A stretch of 64,000 bases of DNA from Flavobacteriaceae bacterium (GTDB lineage Bacteria > Bacteroidota > Bacteroidia > Flavobacteriales > Flavobacteriaceae), in assembly GCA_947446635.1 (NCBI GenBank), contig CANFHF010000009.1, forward strand, positions 494-64,493, given 5' to 3'. Position 1 is the stretch's first letter. The number at the start of each line of letters is the position of its first letter. Below the pieces are notes generated by a model. The model did no database searches. It was not told the DNA's origin and was given only the letters and a program-made list of their open reading frames with translations. Of this stretch, positions 38,765 to 47,062 are shown piece by piece. The translations under genes and the position numbers were made by a program.

Positions 38765-40571
38765 TATGAACCAAAATTCAACCGACCATTTTTTTAAAAA
38801 TCCAGTTTTAGGACACCCAGCGGGATTATTTGTTTTGTTTTTTACCGAAATGTGGGAACGATTCTCCTTCTATGGGATGCGTTCCTTGCTTATTTTATTC
38901 TTGACCACTTCCTTTGCTGATGGGGGCTGGGAATGGACAAGAGAAAATGCTTCGGCTCTTTTTGGGTCTTATGTTGGCTTGGTTTATTTGTCAACGATGC
39001 TAGGCGGCTATTTTGCCGATAAGATAATCGGTTTCCGATGGGCTATCGTGCTTGGTGCTACTCTAATGACACTAGGGCATGCCTCGATGGCAATGGAAAC
39101 GGAATTTTCCATCTACCTTGGATTGGTGTTATTGGTTTTCGGCAACGGATTTTTCAAACCCAATATGACTTCGATAATTTCGGAAATGTATAAAGATAGA
39201 CCCGAGAAAAAAGATGGCGCTTATACTTTGTTTTATATGGGTGTTAATGCGGGTGCCTTTTTCGGAATATTGCTTTGCGGTTATTTAGGAGAAAAAGTGG
39301 GTTGGAGCTACGGTTTCGGCTTAGCAGGAGTTTTTATGTTTTTTGGAACCTTGCAGTTTTGGTTGTCCCAAAATATCTTTGGTGAGATTGGTTTAAAACC
39401 AAGTGCCGCAAGTAAGGCAAAAGCGGAAGCCATGGACACCGACAAAAGAAATCCATTTACCCCAATACAATTGAGTGTTATAGCAATAACCTGTCTTTTG
39501 GGATTGCTCTGGATTCTGAACGATCCAGCATCAAAAATTTCGGGAGGCAAAATAAATGTTTTTGGCTTTCTGGGCGAAAACGGAAATTCCATTGCCATTG
39601 TGACGGCCCTTATTCTATTTATCATGTTGCTGATGTACCGATTTACTCAATACTCCCAAATCACGAAAGAGAAATTAATAGCGGTGACATTTTTCGCTTT
39701 TTTGACCACTTTCTTTTGGGCGATTTTTGAACAGTCTCCCAATAGTTTAACCATTTTCGCCAGCGATTATACGAATAGGGTTTTGGAAGGAAACTGGAGC
39801 ATCACCTTTTTAGTGATTAACTCCTTGATTACGATATTGCCATTGGCCATTATCACTTGGGTTCTCTATTTATTGTTCAAGCAAACTTTCAAAAATTATG
39901 CTGTAGCCAATGTGATTTTAAGCACCAGTTTCGTGATTATTTGGACAATTTCCCTTTGGATGTTGGCCAAGGATTATTATACGGCAGGCTATTTGTCTCT
40001 GTCTGACGGAACTTTGGAACTTTTAAAAATTGATAAAGTAACCACACCATTAACCGAAGTTCCCGCTACTTGGTTTTCGACTCTAAACTCCCTATTTATC
40101 ATCACATTGGCACCCTTATTTTCCAAATGGTGGGAAAGCAAATACAATCCTTCCGCAAATTTAAAATTCGGAATAGGGATGTCCTTGCTGGCTTTGGGAA
40201 TGGCTTGCGTTGCTTTTGGTGCAGACGGCATACTTCCAGGAGCTAAAACGGCATCGGTAAGCATGATCTGGCTTATCCTGGTCTATCTTTTCCATACGAT
40301 GGCCGAATTGTGTATTTCTCCGGTGGGATTATCTTATGTGAGCAAATTAGTTCCCGCCAGAATGATTGCATTTATGTTTGGAGTTTGGTATCTTGCGGTC
40401 GCAATTGGAATGAAGGGAGCCGGGATGTTCGGAGAAAACATCGATACCATTGCAAATGAACACGGATTGAGTTATTTCTTTTGGATGTTAACCCTTGTTT
40501 CTATGGCAGTGGCGGTGTTTTCGATAGTCATGTCGCCCGTCATCAAAAAATTAATGCACGGTGTTCGATAA
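38757..40571 (+). CDS. Proton-dependent oligopeptide transporter (POT/PTR2), copy 2
   Basis: FFTEMWERFSFYGM, FYMGVNAGA, ELCISPVGLS. Confidence 0.95.
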   Translation: MNDMNQNSTDHFFKNPVLGHPAGLFVLFFTEMWERFSFYGMRSLLILFLTTSFADGGWEWTRENASALFGSYVGLVYLSTMLGGYFADKIIGFRWAIVLGATLMTLGHASMAMETEFSIYLGLVLLVFGNGFFKPNMTSIISEMYKDRPEKKDGAYTLFYMGVNAGAFFGILLCGYLGEKVGWSYGFGLAGVFMFFGTLQFWLSQNIFGEIGLKPSAASKAKAEAMDTDKRNPFTPIQLSVIAITCLLGLLWILNDPASKISGGKINVFGFLGENGNSIAIVTALILFIMLLMYRFTQYSQITKEKLIAVTFFAFLTTFFWAIFEQSPNSLTIFASDYTNRVLEGNWSITFLVINSLITILPLAIITWVLYLLFKQTFKNYAVANVILSTSFVIIWTISLWMLAKDYYTAGYLSLSDGTLELLKIDKVTTPLTEVPATWFSTLNSLFIITLAPLFSKWWESKYNPSANLKFGIGMSLLALGMACVAFGADGILPGAKTASVSMIWLILVYLFHTMAELCISPVGLSYVSKLVPARMIAFMFGVWYLAVAIGMKGAGMFGENIDTIANEHGLSYFFWMLTLVSMAVAVFSIVMSPVIKKLMHGVR

Positions 40572-40610
40572 TGGCACCATTTTTGAAAAATAAATTTAAA
40601 ATTATATACA

Positions 40611-41162
40611 ATGAAATCTAAAGTTCTACTATTATTGTTCTTGGGAATGCTGCAGCTTCAGGCTCAAACTGCTAAAAAAACAGCTTCAACCAAAAAGCCG
40701 ATTCCAGCTAAAACAACAACTGAAACGTCAAAAGAATCGGGCGATAGCGAACAGTCCAAGGAATTGGTTTGGCAGACGGATATGAACAAAGCCATTGCGA
40801 TGAGCAATAAAGCCAAAAAGCCCATGTTGTTGTTTTTTACGGGTAGCGATTGGTGCGGCTGGTGCATCCGCTTGCAGAATGAAGTTTTGAAAACTCCTGA
40901 ATTTGCTGCTTGGGCCAATAAAAACGTGATTTTGGTGGAGTTGGATTACCCAAGAAGAACCCCGCAATCCCCAGAGATTCAAAAGCAAAACGCGGAATTG
41001 CAGAACGCTTTTGGAATTCAAGGATTCCCTACGGTATGGTTTGCCAATGCGGAATCTAGAGAAGGGAAAGTAAATTTTGCACCCTTAGACAAAACAGGGT
41101 ACGTTGCCGGAGGGCCTGTAGCCTGGCTGGCAGTAGCCGATGGAATTCTAAATAAGAAATAA
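40611..41162 (+). CDS. Exported thioredoxin-family protein
   Basis: Signal peptide; FTGSDWCGWC CxxC; IQGFPT cis-Pro loop. Confidence 0.9.
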   Translation: MKSKVLLLLFLGMLQLQAQTAKKTASTKKPIPAKTTTETSKESGDSEQSKELVWQTDMNKAIAMSNKAKKPMLLFFTGSDWCGWCIRLQNEVLKTPEFAAWANKNVILVELDYPRRTPQSPEIQKQNAELQNAFGIQGFPTVWFANAESREGKVNFAPLDKTGYVAGGPVAWLAVADGILNKK

Positions 41163-41242
41163 TTTTTTTTACTCCAATCTAAAAAATCCCTTTTCGCCAG
41201 TTGAGTGAAAAGGGATTTTGTTTTTCTCGCAACTAGCTTCCC
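41136..41242. repeat. Direct repeat copy 1: thioredoxin 3' end, terminator and orphan comEC 3' end
   Basis: Matches 42767-42869: first 27 nt identical, comEC part 61/74 identical by hand alignment. Confidence 0.9.
41181..41219 (+). terminator. Terminator of the thioredoxin gene
   Basis: AAAATCCCTTTTC...GAAAAGGGATTTT hairpin. Confidence 0.8.
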
Positions 41243-41244
41243 CC

Positions 41245-41346
41245 GCTAGCGCGAGCGTCACGCTCGTGACAACAATCTCTTACAGGCACGAGTTAGAAGC
41301 TCGCGCTAGCTGGGGGGTGGGTCACGAGCTTGAAGTTCGCTAGAGC
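41245..41346. repeat. REP cluster 1: inverted doublet (41245-41268, 41287-41310) plus a degenerate unit (41323-41346)
   Basis: Unit GCTAGCGCGAGC-N6-CTCGTG (24 nt) with internal hairpin CGAGCG-TCA-CGCTCG. Confidence 0.9.
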
Positions 41347-41353
41347 AGAAGGA

Positions 41354-41905
41354 TCACGAGGATTGATTTTCCCAAAATCCAATGAATGAAGTCTGAGATT
41401 TTGCATGTTTTATCGCAAATATAATTCCGATGATAAATGAAATTAAGTAAAATCCACCAATCCCGCCCCTATTGATGTAAAATAAATCTAACAAACCTGC
41501 CAATAAATCATTTTCTGTATAAGAAATTTTTATATAATAAATAAAGAAGTGGGCTGAGACAAGAAATATACTTAAAACATATGCTATTAATACTTTAAAT
41601 TTTGGTGCCATATAACTACTTGCATTCACAAAAGTGTAGCTTGTAAAAATAGGTAAAATGATAAATGCAACAATACCAATGTTTACATGACCTCCATTAT
41701 CATCCTGCGATTCAGGAACAAAAGCCAATAGTAATCTTATTGCCAAGCCTAGAACAACAAATGCAATTAATGAATAAGGTAAAATCAGAATATATCTAAG
41801 AATAATAGGTAGTTTATTAACTTTTTTTGTGATTATCCAAAATAAATAACCCAATGTTAAAATTGATATTATTATAGCATAATTAGTAATTGTATCTGTA
41901 GTCAT
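41354..41905 (-). CDS. AT-rich multi-pass membrane protein (cargo, 183 aa)
   Basis: About 5 hydrophobic segments; bracketed by REP doublets; no family recognised. Confidence 0.7.
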   Translation of the reverse strand: MTTDTITNYAIIISILTLGYLFWIITKKVNKLPIILRYILILPYSLIAFVVLGLAIRLLLAFVPESQDDNGGHVNIGIVAFIILPIFTSYTFVNASSYMAPKFKVLIAYVLSIFLVSAHFFIYYIKISYTENDLLAGLLDLFYINRGGIGGFYLISFIIGIIFAIKHAKSQTSFIGFWENQSS

Positions 41906-41977
41906 AAAATTATTATTTTAAGTTTTTAAGTATAAAAATGTAAACTTATTTTAGGACGAGACATTAAATTTGCCCCC

Positions 41978-42043
41978 GCTAGCGCGAGCGTCACGCTCGT
42001 GCCAACAATCTCTTGCGTGCACGAGCTATAAGCTCGCGCTAGC
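41978..42043. repeat. REP cluster 2: inverted doublet (41978-42001, 42020-42043)
   Basis: First unit identical to 41245-41268; spacer CCAACAATCTCTTGCGTG similar to that of cluster 1; both doublets preceded by CCCCC. Confidence 0.92.
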
Positions 42044-42062
42044 ATTAGACCCACAATATCAA

Positions 42063-42611
42063 TCAATTTAAATCTATCTCTAAAACAGTATGGTCGTCAT
42101 TGCCATAATTTCTTGCACTGCTATATTTCCAATCTATAGGGTCGGTTACAAATCCTGTTTCTACTGGATTGTTATGAATATATTCCAACTTTTGTTCAAA
42201 AACTTTTAAGGACCAAATCTCAATTGGTTTATTATTTTGTTGCCAAAATTGTCTAAATTTAACATTACTGTTTTTCTTTCCGGCTCTTTCAAACATCCAG
42301 AGCATCCATTCGCGTCTGCTTTCTTGATTATTTTCTTCAATAAATTTCAACATTTTTCTGGAAGTAAAACCTTTAAAATCTCTTATCAATCCAGATGGAT
42401 CACCTAATGTTGACCTGAAAATTAAATGAATATGACTTGGCATAATGCAATACCCATAAATGTCCATTCCTTTATTTTTTCTACAAAAGTCGAGCGATTC
42501 AATGATAATATCAAAATAATCTACTCTCGTAAACACATCTATCCAATATACCGTTGAAAAACTTATAAAATAGGCTCCTTCTTTTTCGCCAAATTTATAT
42601 TTTCTGCTCAT
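42063..42611 (-). CDS. rayT: REP-associated tyrosine transposase (RAYT, Y1 HUH family)
   Basis: YFISFSTVYW, GYCIMPSHIHLI (HUH), FWQ, KLEYIHNNPV (catalytic Y), DWKYSSA. Confidence 0.93.
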   Translation of the reverse strand: MSRKYKFGEKEGAYFISFSTVYWIDVFTRVDYFDIIIESLDFCRKNKGMDIYGYCIMPSHIHLIFRSTLGDPSGLIRDFKGFTSRKMLKFIEENNQESRREWMLWMFERAGKKNSNVKFRQFWQQNNKPIEIWSLKVFEQKLEYIHNNPVETGFVTDPIDWKYSSARNYGNDDHTVLEIDLN

Positions 42612-42622
42612 GGTCTTTTTTT

Positions 42623-42630
42623 CAAATATA
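42623..42630 (-). promoter_or_regulatory. -7 promoter box of rayT
   Basis: TATATTTG 12 nt upstream of the ATG. Confidence 0.6.
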
Positions 42631-42699
42631 AATATTTATAAAACAACAAACTACAACTTTTTTGGGTTGTAGTTGGTTTTGTTTGCTTTTGTTAGTGGG

Positions 42700-42757
42700 C
42701 ACGAGCTAGAGGCTCGCGCTAGCATTAGAACTACACGAGTTTGAAGTTCGCACCAGT
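42700..42757. repeat. REP cluster 3: one unit (42700-42723) plus a degenerate unit (42734-42757)
   Basis: CACGAGCTAGAGGCTCGCGCTAGC and CACGAGTTTGAAGTTCGCACCAGT. Confidence 0.85.
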
Positions 42758-42766
42758 AATAAGTTT

Positions 42767-42869
42767 GCCGATGGAATTCTAAATAAGAAATAATTTCAAT
42801 CCAATCTATAAAATCCCTTTTTTCCCGTCGCATGAAAAGGGATTTTCATTTTCAGGCAACTAGCTTCCC
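42767..42869. repeat. Direct repeat copy 2: orphan thioredoxin 3' end plus the functional comEC 3' end
   Basis: GCCGATGGAATTCTAAATAAGAAATAA (ADGILNKK*) identical to 41136-41162. Confidence 0.9.
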
Positions 42870-44832
42870 AAAGGCTAATATACGTTTTATAATTAGAACC
42901 ATCAGCTACCACCATTTCAGGTTTTAGGGTTTGAAACATCCGCTCCAGATTTATTTTTGGGGATTGGGTCAGCACCACAATATCAGGAGTACTGTTTTTT
43001 GGATACACGCCCAAACTATCCAAAACTAAAATCTTTTTGTCCTGGAAATAAAGGGTGTTTTGTAGCTTTTTTTTCGATTTCAAATGACTGAAATTGCCCA
43101 TTAGGTAGGAGGTTAGCGTTTTATTTTCGGATGCGGTTTTCAAAAGGCTATCATTGGCAAACAGGGTACTATTTTCTCCATTTCGTTCCGTAATCAGCGT
43201 GTTTTTTTTCGAGTGGAAAATGACGAATTCTTTTTGGCTTTGATTCGTCCAATGGGTTTCGAAATAGGTGATTTGTAAAATAAAAATGGCGATCAAAGAA
43301 AGTGCGAGTCTATTGAAACTTGGTTTTTTGAACCAAAGAACCAAGCTGACAATCAACAAATAAAAACTCACTAATAAAGGCCAGTTGAACGGAATATCCC
43401 GAATGATAAATTGCTCTAATGAGGCAATGGCGTTGATGATTTTGTTCAAAATTAAAATGCTCCATTCGAATCCTTTGGCAAGAAACAACGGCACATAATC
43501 GAAGGCCGCCAATACCATGACCAAAACGCCCAAGCCCATAATGAGGCTCAAAAATGGAATAATCACCAAATTGGTCACAAAAAACAAGCCCGGAAACTGG
43601 TGAAAATAGTAAATGCTCAACGGGAATGCGCCAATTTGCGCGGCGAAAGAAACCGTGAGAATTTCCCAAAAGTAATTTGTTACTTTATTTTTAGGCACCC
43701 AAAGTTGGGCCAATAAAGGTTGTAACCAAAGAATAAAAAATAGGGCGATATAACTTAACTGAAAACCCACGTCAAACAAAAACGAAGGTTGGAATAGCAA
43801 AATAAGCAATATCGAAACCAATAAAGTATGGTAAATGTTGGTGCTTCTTCTTAAATACATGCCAATAGCCACAAACGAAAACATCGCCACGGAACGCACC
43901 ACCGAAGGAGCCAATCCTGCAATTAATCCGAAGAGCGATAACGACAGCAGAATAATTATCAACTTGATGAAAGAACCTCGCCTGGTATTAGGAAAAGGCT
44001 TGAGGAGGAAAGTCACAAAAAGCAGTATAAACCCAATGTGCAATCCCGAAACCGACAAAATATGTACGGCACCGGCATATTGGTAATCCCGAATAATATC
44101 GGGCGAAATCTCCTGTTGCTGTCCCAGAATTAAAGCAATGGCAACGTTGAGTTCTGCTTTGTTGAAATGGTTTTTTTCTAGATTATGAATAATTTTCGTG
44201 CGCAATTTAGACGTATAGTACCAAGGGTCTTTGTCCAGTCGAGAACCCGTTTGAATTTCGGCTGCATCGGCGTAGAGTTGGGCGTAGATTTGTTTGTTTT
44301 CGAGGTATTTGCCATAATCAAATTGGTTCGGATTTTTCGCTAGACTATTTTTATAAAGTGCGCCCTTGATGCGCAAATGAGTCCCTATTTCGAAAGGATG
44401 ATTCAAGCTGTCTTTTCGGACATTCAGGAGAATTCTGCCCGAATGTTTCTTGGTGTCGATTTTGTTTACAATCGCAATATAGCGGTCGTTATAAGCGGAA
44501 CTTCTGAGTTTTTCCCGAACAGTAACCGATATAAGATGCGGTTTTTCGAAAATCGTCGGGTCATGGACATAATTCGATTGCTGATAAGAATCGGTGTGGA
44601 TAATTTGTGTGGTGGCGCCTATTCCCATAGCAAGAAAATAAGTGGCAAAACCAAAATAGAGCGGATTTATGGTGATTTGTTTCGAAAGAAAATAAGTAAT
44701 ACTAAAGACGATTCCTGCGAGCAGCAGCAGGATAAATATACATTCGGGATTGGGGTTTAGATAATAAGCGCCAAGTATGCCCGCCACAAACCCAATCGTA
44801 ATTCTCGCTAAAGGGAATGTTAATATGCTCAT
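42796..44832 (-). CDS. comEC: ComEC/Rec2 competence protein
   Basis: NPNQFDYGKYL, GAVHILSVSGLH, PSVVRS, DVGFQLSY, FSSAQ-like SFAAQIGAFPL. Confidence 0.93.
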   Translation of the reverse strand: MSILTFPLARITIGFVAGILGAYYLNPNPECIFILLLLAGIVFSITYFLSKQITINPLYFGFATYFLAMGIGATTQIIHTDSYQQSNYVHDPTIFEKPHLISVTVREKLRSSAYNDRYIAIVNKIDTKKHSGRILLNVRKDSLNHPFEIGTHLRIKGALYKNSLAKNPNQFDYGKYLENKQIYAQLYADAAEIQTGSRLDKDPWYYTSKLRTKIIHNLEKNHFNKAELNVAIALILGQQQEISPDIIRDYQYAGAVHILSVSGLHIGFILLFVTFLLKPFPNTRRGSFIKLIIILLSLSLFGLIAGLAPSVVRSVAMFSFVAIGMYLRRSTNIYHTLLVSILLILLFQPSFLFDVGFQLSYIALFFILWLQPLLAQLWVPKNKVTNYFWEILTVSFAAQIGAFPLSIYYFHQFPGLFFVTNLVIIPFLSLIMGLGVLVMVLAAFDYVPLFLAKGFEWSILILNKIINAIASLEQFIIRDIPFNWPLLVSFYLLIVSLVLWFKKPSFNRLALSLIAIFILQITYFETHWTNQSQKEFVIFHSKKNTLITERNGENSTLFANDSLLKTASENKTLTSYLMGNFSHLKSKKKLQNTLYFQDKKILVLDSLGVYPKNSTPDIVVLTQSPKINLERMFQTLKPEMVVADGSNYKTYISLWEASCLKMKIPFHATGKKGFYRLD

Positions 44833-44877
44833 ACTATTAAAAGTACAAATTTTTTAACACAAAATAACTTTTAGTTT

Positions 44878-45507
44878 TTACAATTGTATCCTATTGACCT
44901 GAGCAAATGATTTTTGATAATAGGGTTCTTTTGTCGAAGATACAATTACACCGCTGGAAGTGGCAGAATGGATGAATTTTATCTCGTCAGCGGTTACTTC
45001 AACTACCATTCCCACATGGTTGATTTGATTTCTGCCGTTGGTTCTGAAGAATATTAAATCCCCTTTTTTACTATTTTCCCGTTCGATGACAGTCCCTAAT
45101 TTGGATTGTTCCAACGAACTGTGTGGGAGTTTTATATGGTACAAATCAAAGATGTTGTACATGAATCCGGAACAGTCAAATCCCTCGTCAGTAATACCGC
45201 CACTTTTATAATTGGCACCTATTTTATTTGACGCCGAATTAATTAATTGTTCCACCAGATAGCTCGAATCGGCTGCGTTTGCAATATAATCCGAATCTTC
45301 AACTTCAATGATTTTACTCTTTTTGGCAGTTTCCTTTTTCTTTTCGGCTTTAGTGTGGGTTTCCTTTTTAGCAATTGTTTTTTTTGCAACGGGAATGGTA
45401 TAGATTCCTTTGTCTTCGGCTTCTTTCTTGGAGGTTATAATTGCCGAAGTGGGTTTGCAGGCAGTGAAAAATAATACTAAAAAAAAGAGGGATGCTATTC
45501 GTTTCAA
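44878..45507 (-). CDS. NlpC/P60 (C40) cell-wall peptidase lipoprotein
   Basis: Lipobox FTAC, FDCSGF, GDLIFF, HVGMV, FIHSATS. Confidence 0.93.
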   Translation of the reverse strand: MKRIASLFFLVLFFTACKPTSAIITSKKEAEDKGIYTIPVAKKTIAKKETHTKAEKKKETAKKSKIIEVEDSDYIANAADSSYLVEQLINSASNKIGANYKSGGITDEGFDCSGFMYNIFDLYHIKLPHSSLEQSKLGTVIERENSKKGDLIFFRTNGRNQINHVGMVVEVTADEIKFIHSATSSGVIVSSTKEPYYQKSFAQVNRIQL

Positions 45508-45551
45508 AAGAGTTTATTTTTGGCAAATTTAAACATTTTAAATCAAATAGA

Positions 45552-46664
45552 TTATTTCAAATCGGCCACAATTAATTTTGCTGTTTTTTGGCTGGCGCCA
45601 ATACCGCCTAATTTTTCTTCTAACACATCATATTTTCCCAAAAGAGTTTTGCGATAATCGGGTTCAATGATTTTTTTTAACTCTTCACTAATTCGTTTTT
45701 TAGTGCAGTCATCTTGGATTAACTCCGTGACCACTTCCTCATCCATAATCAGGTTGACCAACGAAATATATTTCAGGGTAATAATGCGTTTGGCAATTTG
45801 GTACGAAGCCCAACTGCCCTTGTAGCAAACTACTTCAGGAACTTTAAATAGGGCCGTTTCCAGTGTTGCCGTACCCGAAGTGACCAATGCTGCACTGGCA
45901 ATGCGCAATAAATCATAGGTTTTATTCGAGACAAATTTGATGTTTTCATTGGTAATAAAACCTTCATAAAAGGAATATTCCTGGCTGGGTGCTCCGGCAA
46001 TCACAAATTGATAGTCCAGAAAATCATCGATCACGCTCAACATCACCGATAGCATTTTGGTAATTTCTTGTTTTCGGCTACCGGGCAAAATGGCAACAAT
46101 GGGTTTTCCGTTTAATTGATTTTCTTTTCTAAAAGCGGCAGCATCAATTATAGGTTGGTTGTTAATGGCATCAATTAGCGGATGACCCACAAACTCAACC
46201 GGAAAATGATGCTTCACTTCGTAAAAATCTTTTTCAAAAGGGAGTATGACATACATTTTATCGACATCTTGTTTGATGTCTGTAATTCGGCTTTCTTTCC
46301 AAGCCCATATCTGTGGGGAAATATAGTAGTGGGTTTTAAAGCCGAGTTCTTTTGCCCATTTTGCAATGCGCAAGTTGAATCCGGGATAATCAATGAAAAT
46401 AATAGCATCTGGCTTAAAAGCGGCAATGTCTTTTTTGCACATTTTGATGTTATTCAGTATTGTTTTTAAATGGAAAAGGACTTCAATAAATCCCATAAAA
46501 GCCAAATCGCGGTAATGTTTCACCAAGGTTCCGCCAACAGCCTGCATCAAGTCGCCTCCCCAAAATCGGATGTCTGCGGCAGGGTCTTCTTTGTACAATG
46601 CTTTCATTAAATTAGCGCCATGCAAATCTCCCGAAGCCTCTCCTGCTATAATGTAGTATTTCAT
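45552..46664 (-). CDS. lpxB: Lipid-A-disaccharide synthase
   Basis: AGEASGDLHG, IDYPGFN, SPQIWAW, VGHPL, LPGSR, TSGTATLE. Confidence 0.97.
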   Translation of the reverse strand: MKYYIIAGEASGDLHGANLMKALYKEDPAADIRFWGGDLMQAVGGTLVKHYRDLAFMGFIEVLFHLKTILNNIKMCKKDIAAFKPDAIIFIDYPGFNLRIAKWAKELGFKTHYYISPQIWAWKESRITDIKQDVDKMYVILPFEKDFYEVKHHFPVEFVGHPLIDAINNQPIIDAAAFRKENQLNGKPIVAILPGSRKQEITKMLSVMLSVIDDFLDYQFVIAGAPSQEYSFYEGFITNENIKFVSNKTYDLLRIASAALVTSGTATLETALFKVPEVVCYKGSWASYQIAKRIITLKYISLVNLIMDEEVVTELIQDDCTKKRISEELKKIIEPDYRKTLLGKYDVLEEKLGGIGASQKTAKLIVADLK

Positions 46665-46789
46665 CTGTTTATACTATTTGTTTTTTATCGGTCAGGTGGA
46701 ACACCTATAATCATCTCCTTGTGTGTGATGAACTATTGTTACTGGTGTTTCATTTTTACTCTTTAATTGATTTGTTCTTGAAAATAAAT

Positions 46790-47062
46790 TTATGCAAATA
46801 AGGTTATAATCGCAATACAAATAACGGCCAAAACTACCCCACGAGCCATCATTTCCTTATCTAATTTCAATAAAACGGCAAAAACCACGAGATCAAGAAT
46901 GGCCCCTAATGTAATTAATTTGCCTAATTTACCCTCTGATTTCATCGTGTATATTCCGGTCATAAAATCAAAGCCGGTAAAGAAGGTGATGAAAAGATAA
47001 CTCCCCAAAATTGAGGCTATAATCCCAATTGTAAATCCTATTAACAAATCTATTTTAGTCAT
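46790..47062 (-). CDS. Small conserved membrane protein
   Basis: Three TM segments, GKLITLGA, ARGVVLA; overlaps the surE stop. Confidence 0.75.
   Translation of the reverse strand: MTKIDLLIGFTIGIIASILGSYLFITFFTGFDFMTGIYTMKSEGKLGKLITLGAILDLVVFAVLLKLDKEMMARGVVLAVICIAIITLFA

Larger units (their letters stand above)
41240..42766. mobile_element. RAYT/REP module carrying a cargo gene
   Basis: RAYT gene, three REP clusters and one cargo ORF, inserted between duplicated trx/comEC ends. Confidence 0.8.

Noticed and set aside
41245-42757. REP clusters as a CRISPR array
   Set aside because: Units alternate in orientation, spacing is irregular with whole genes in between, no cas genes are present, and the adjacent RAYT explains them.
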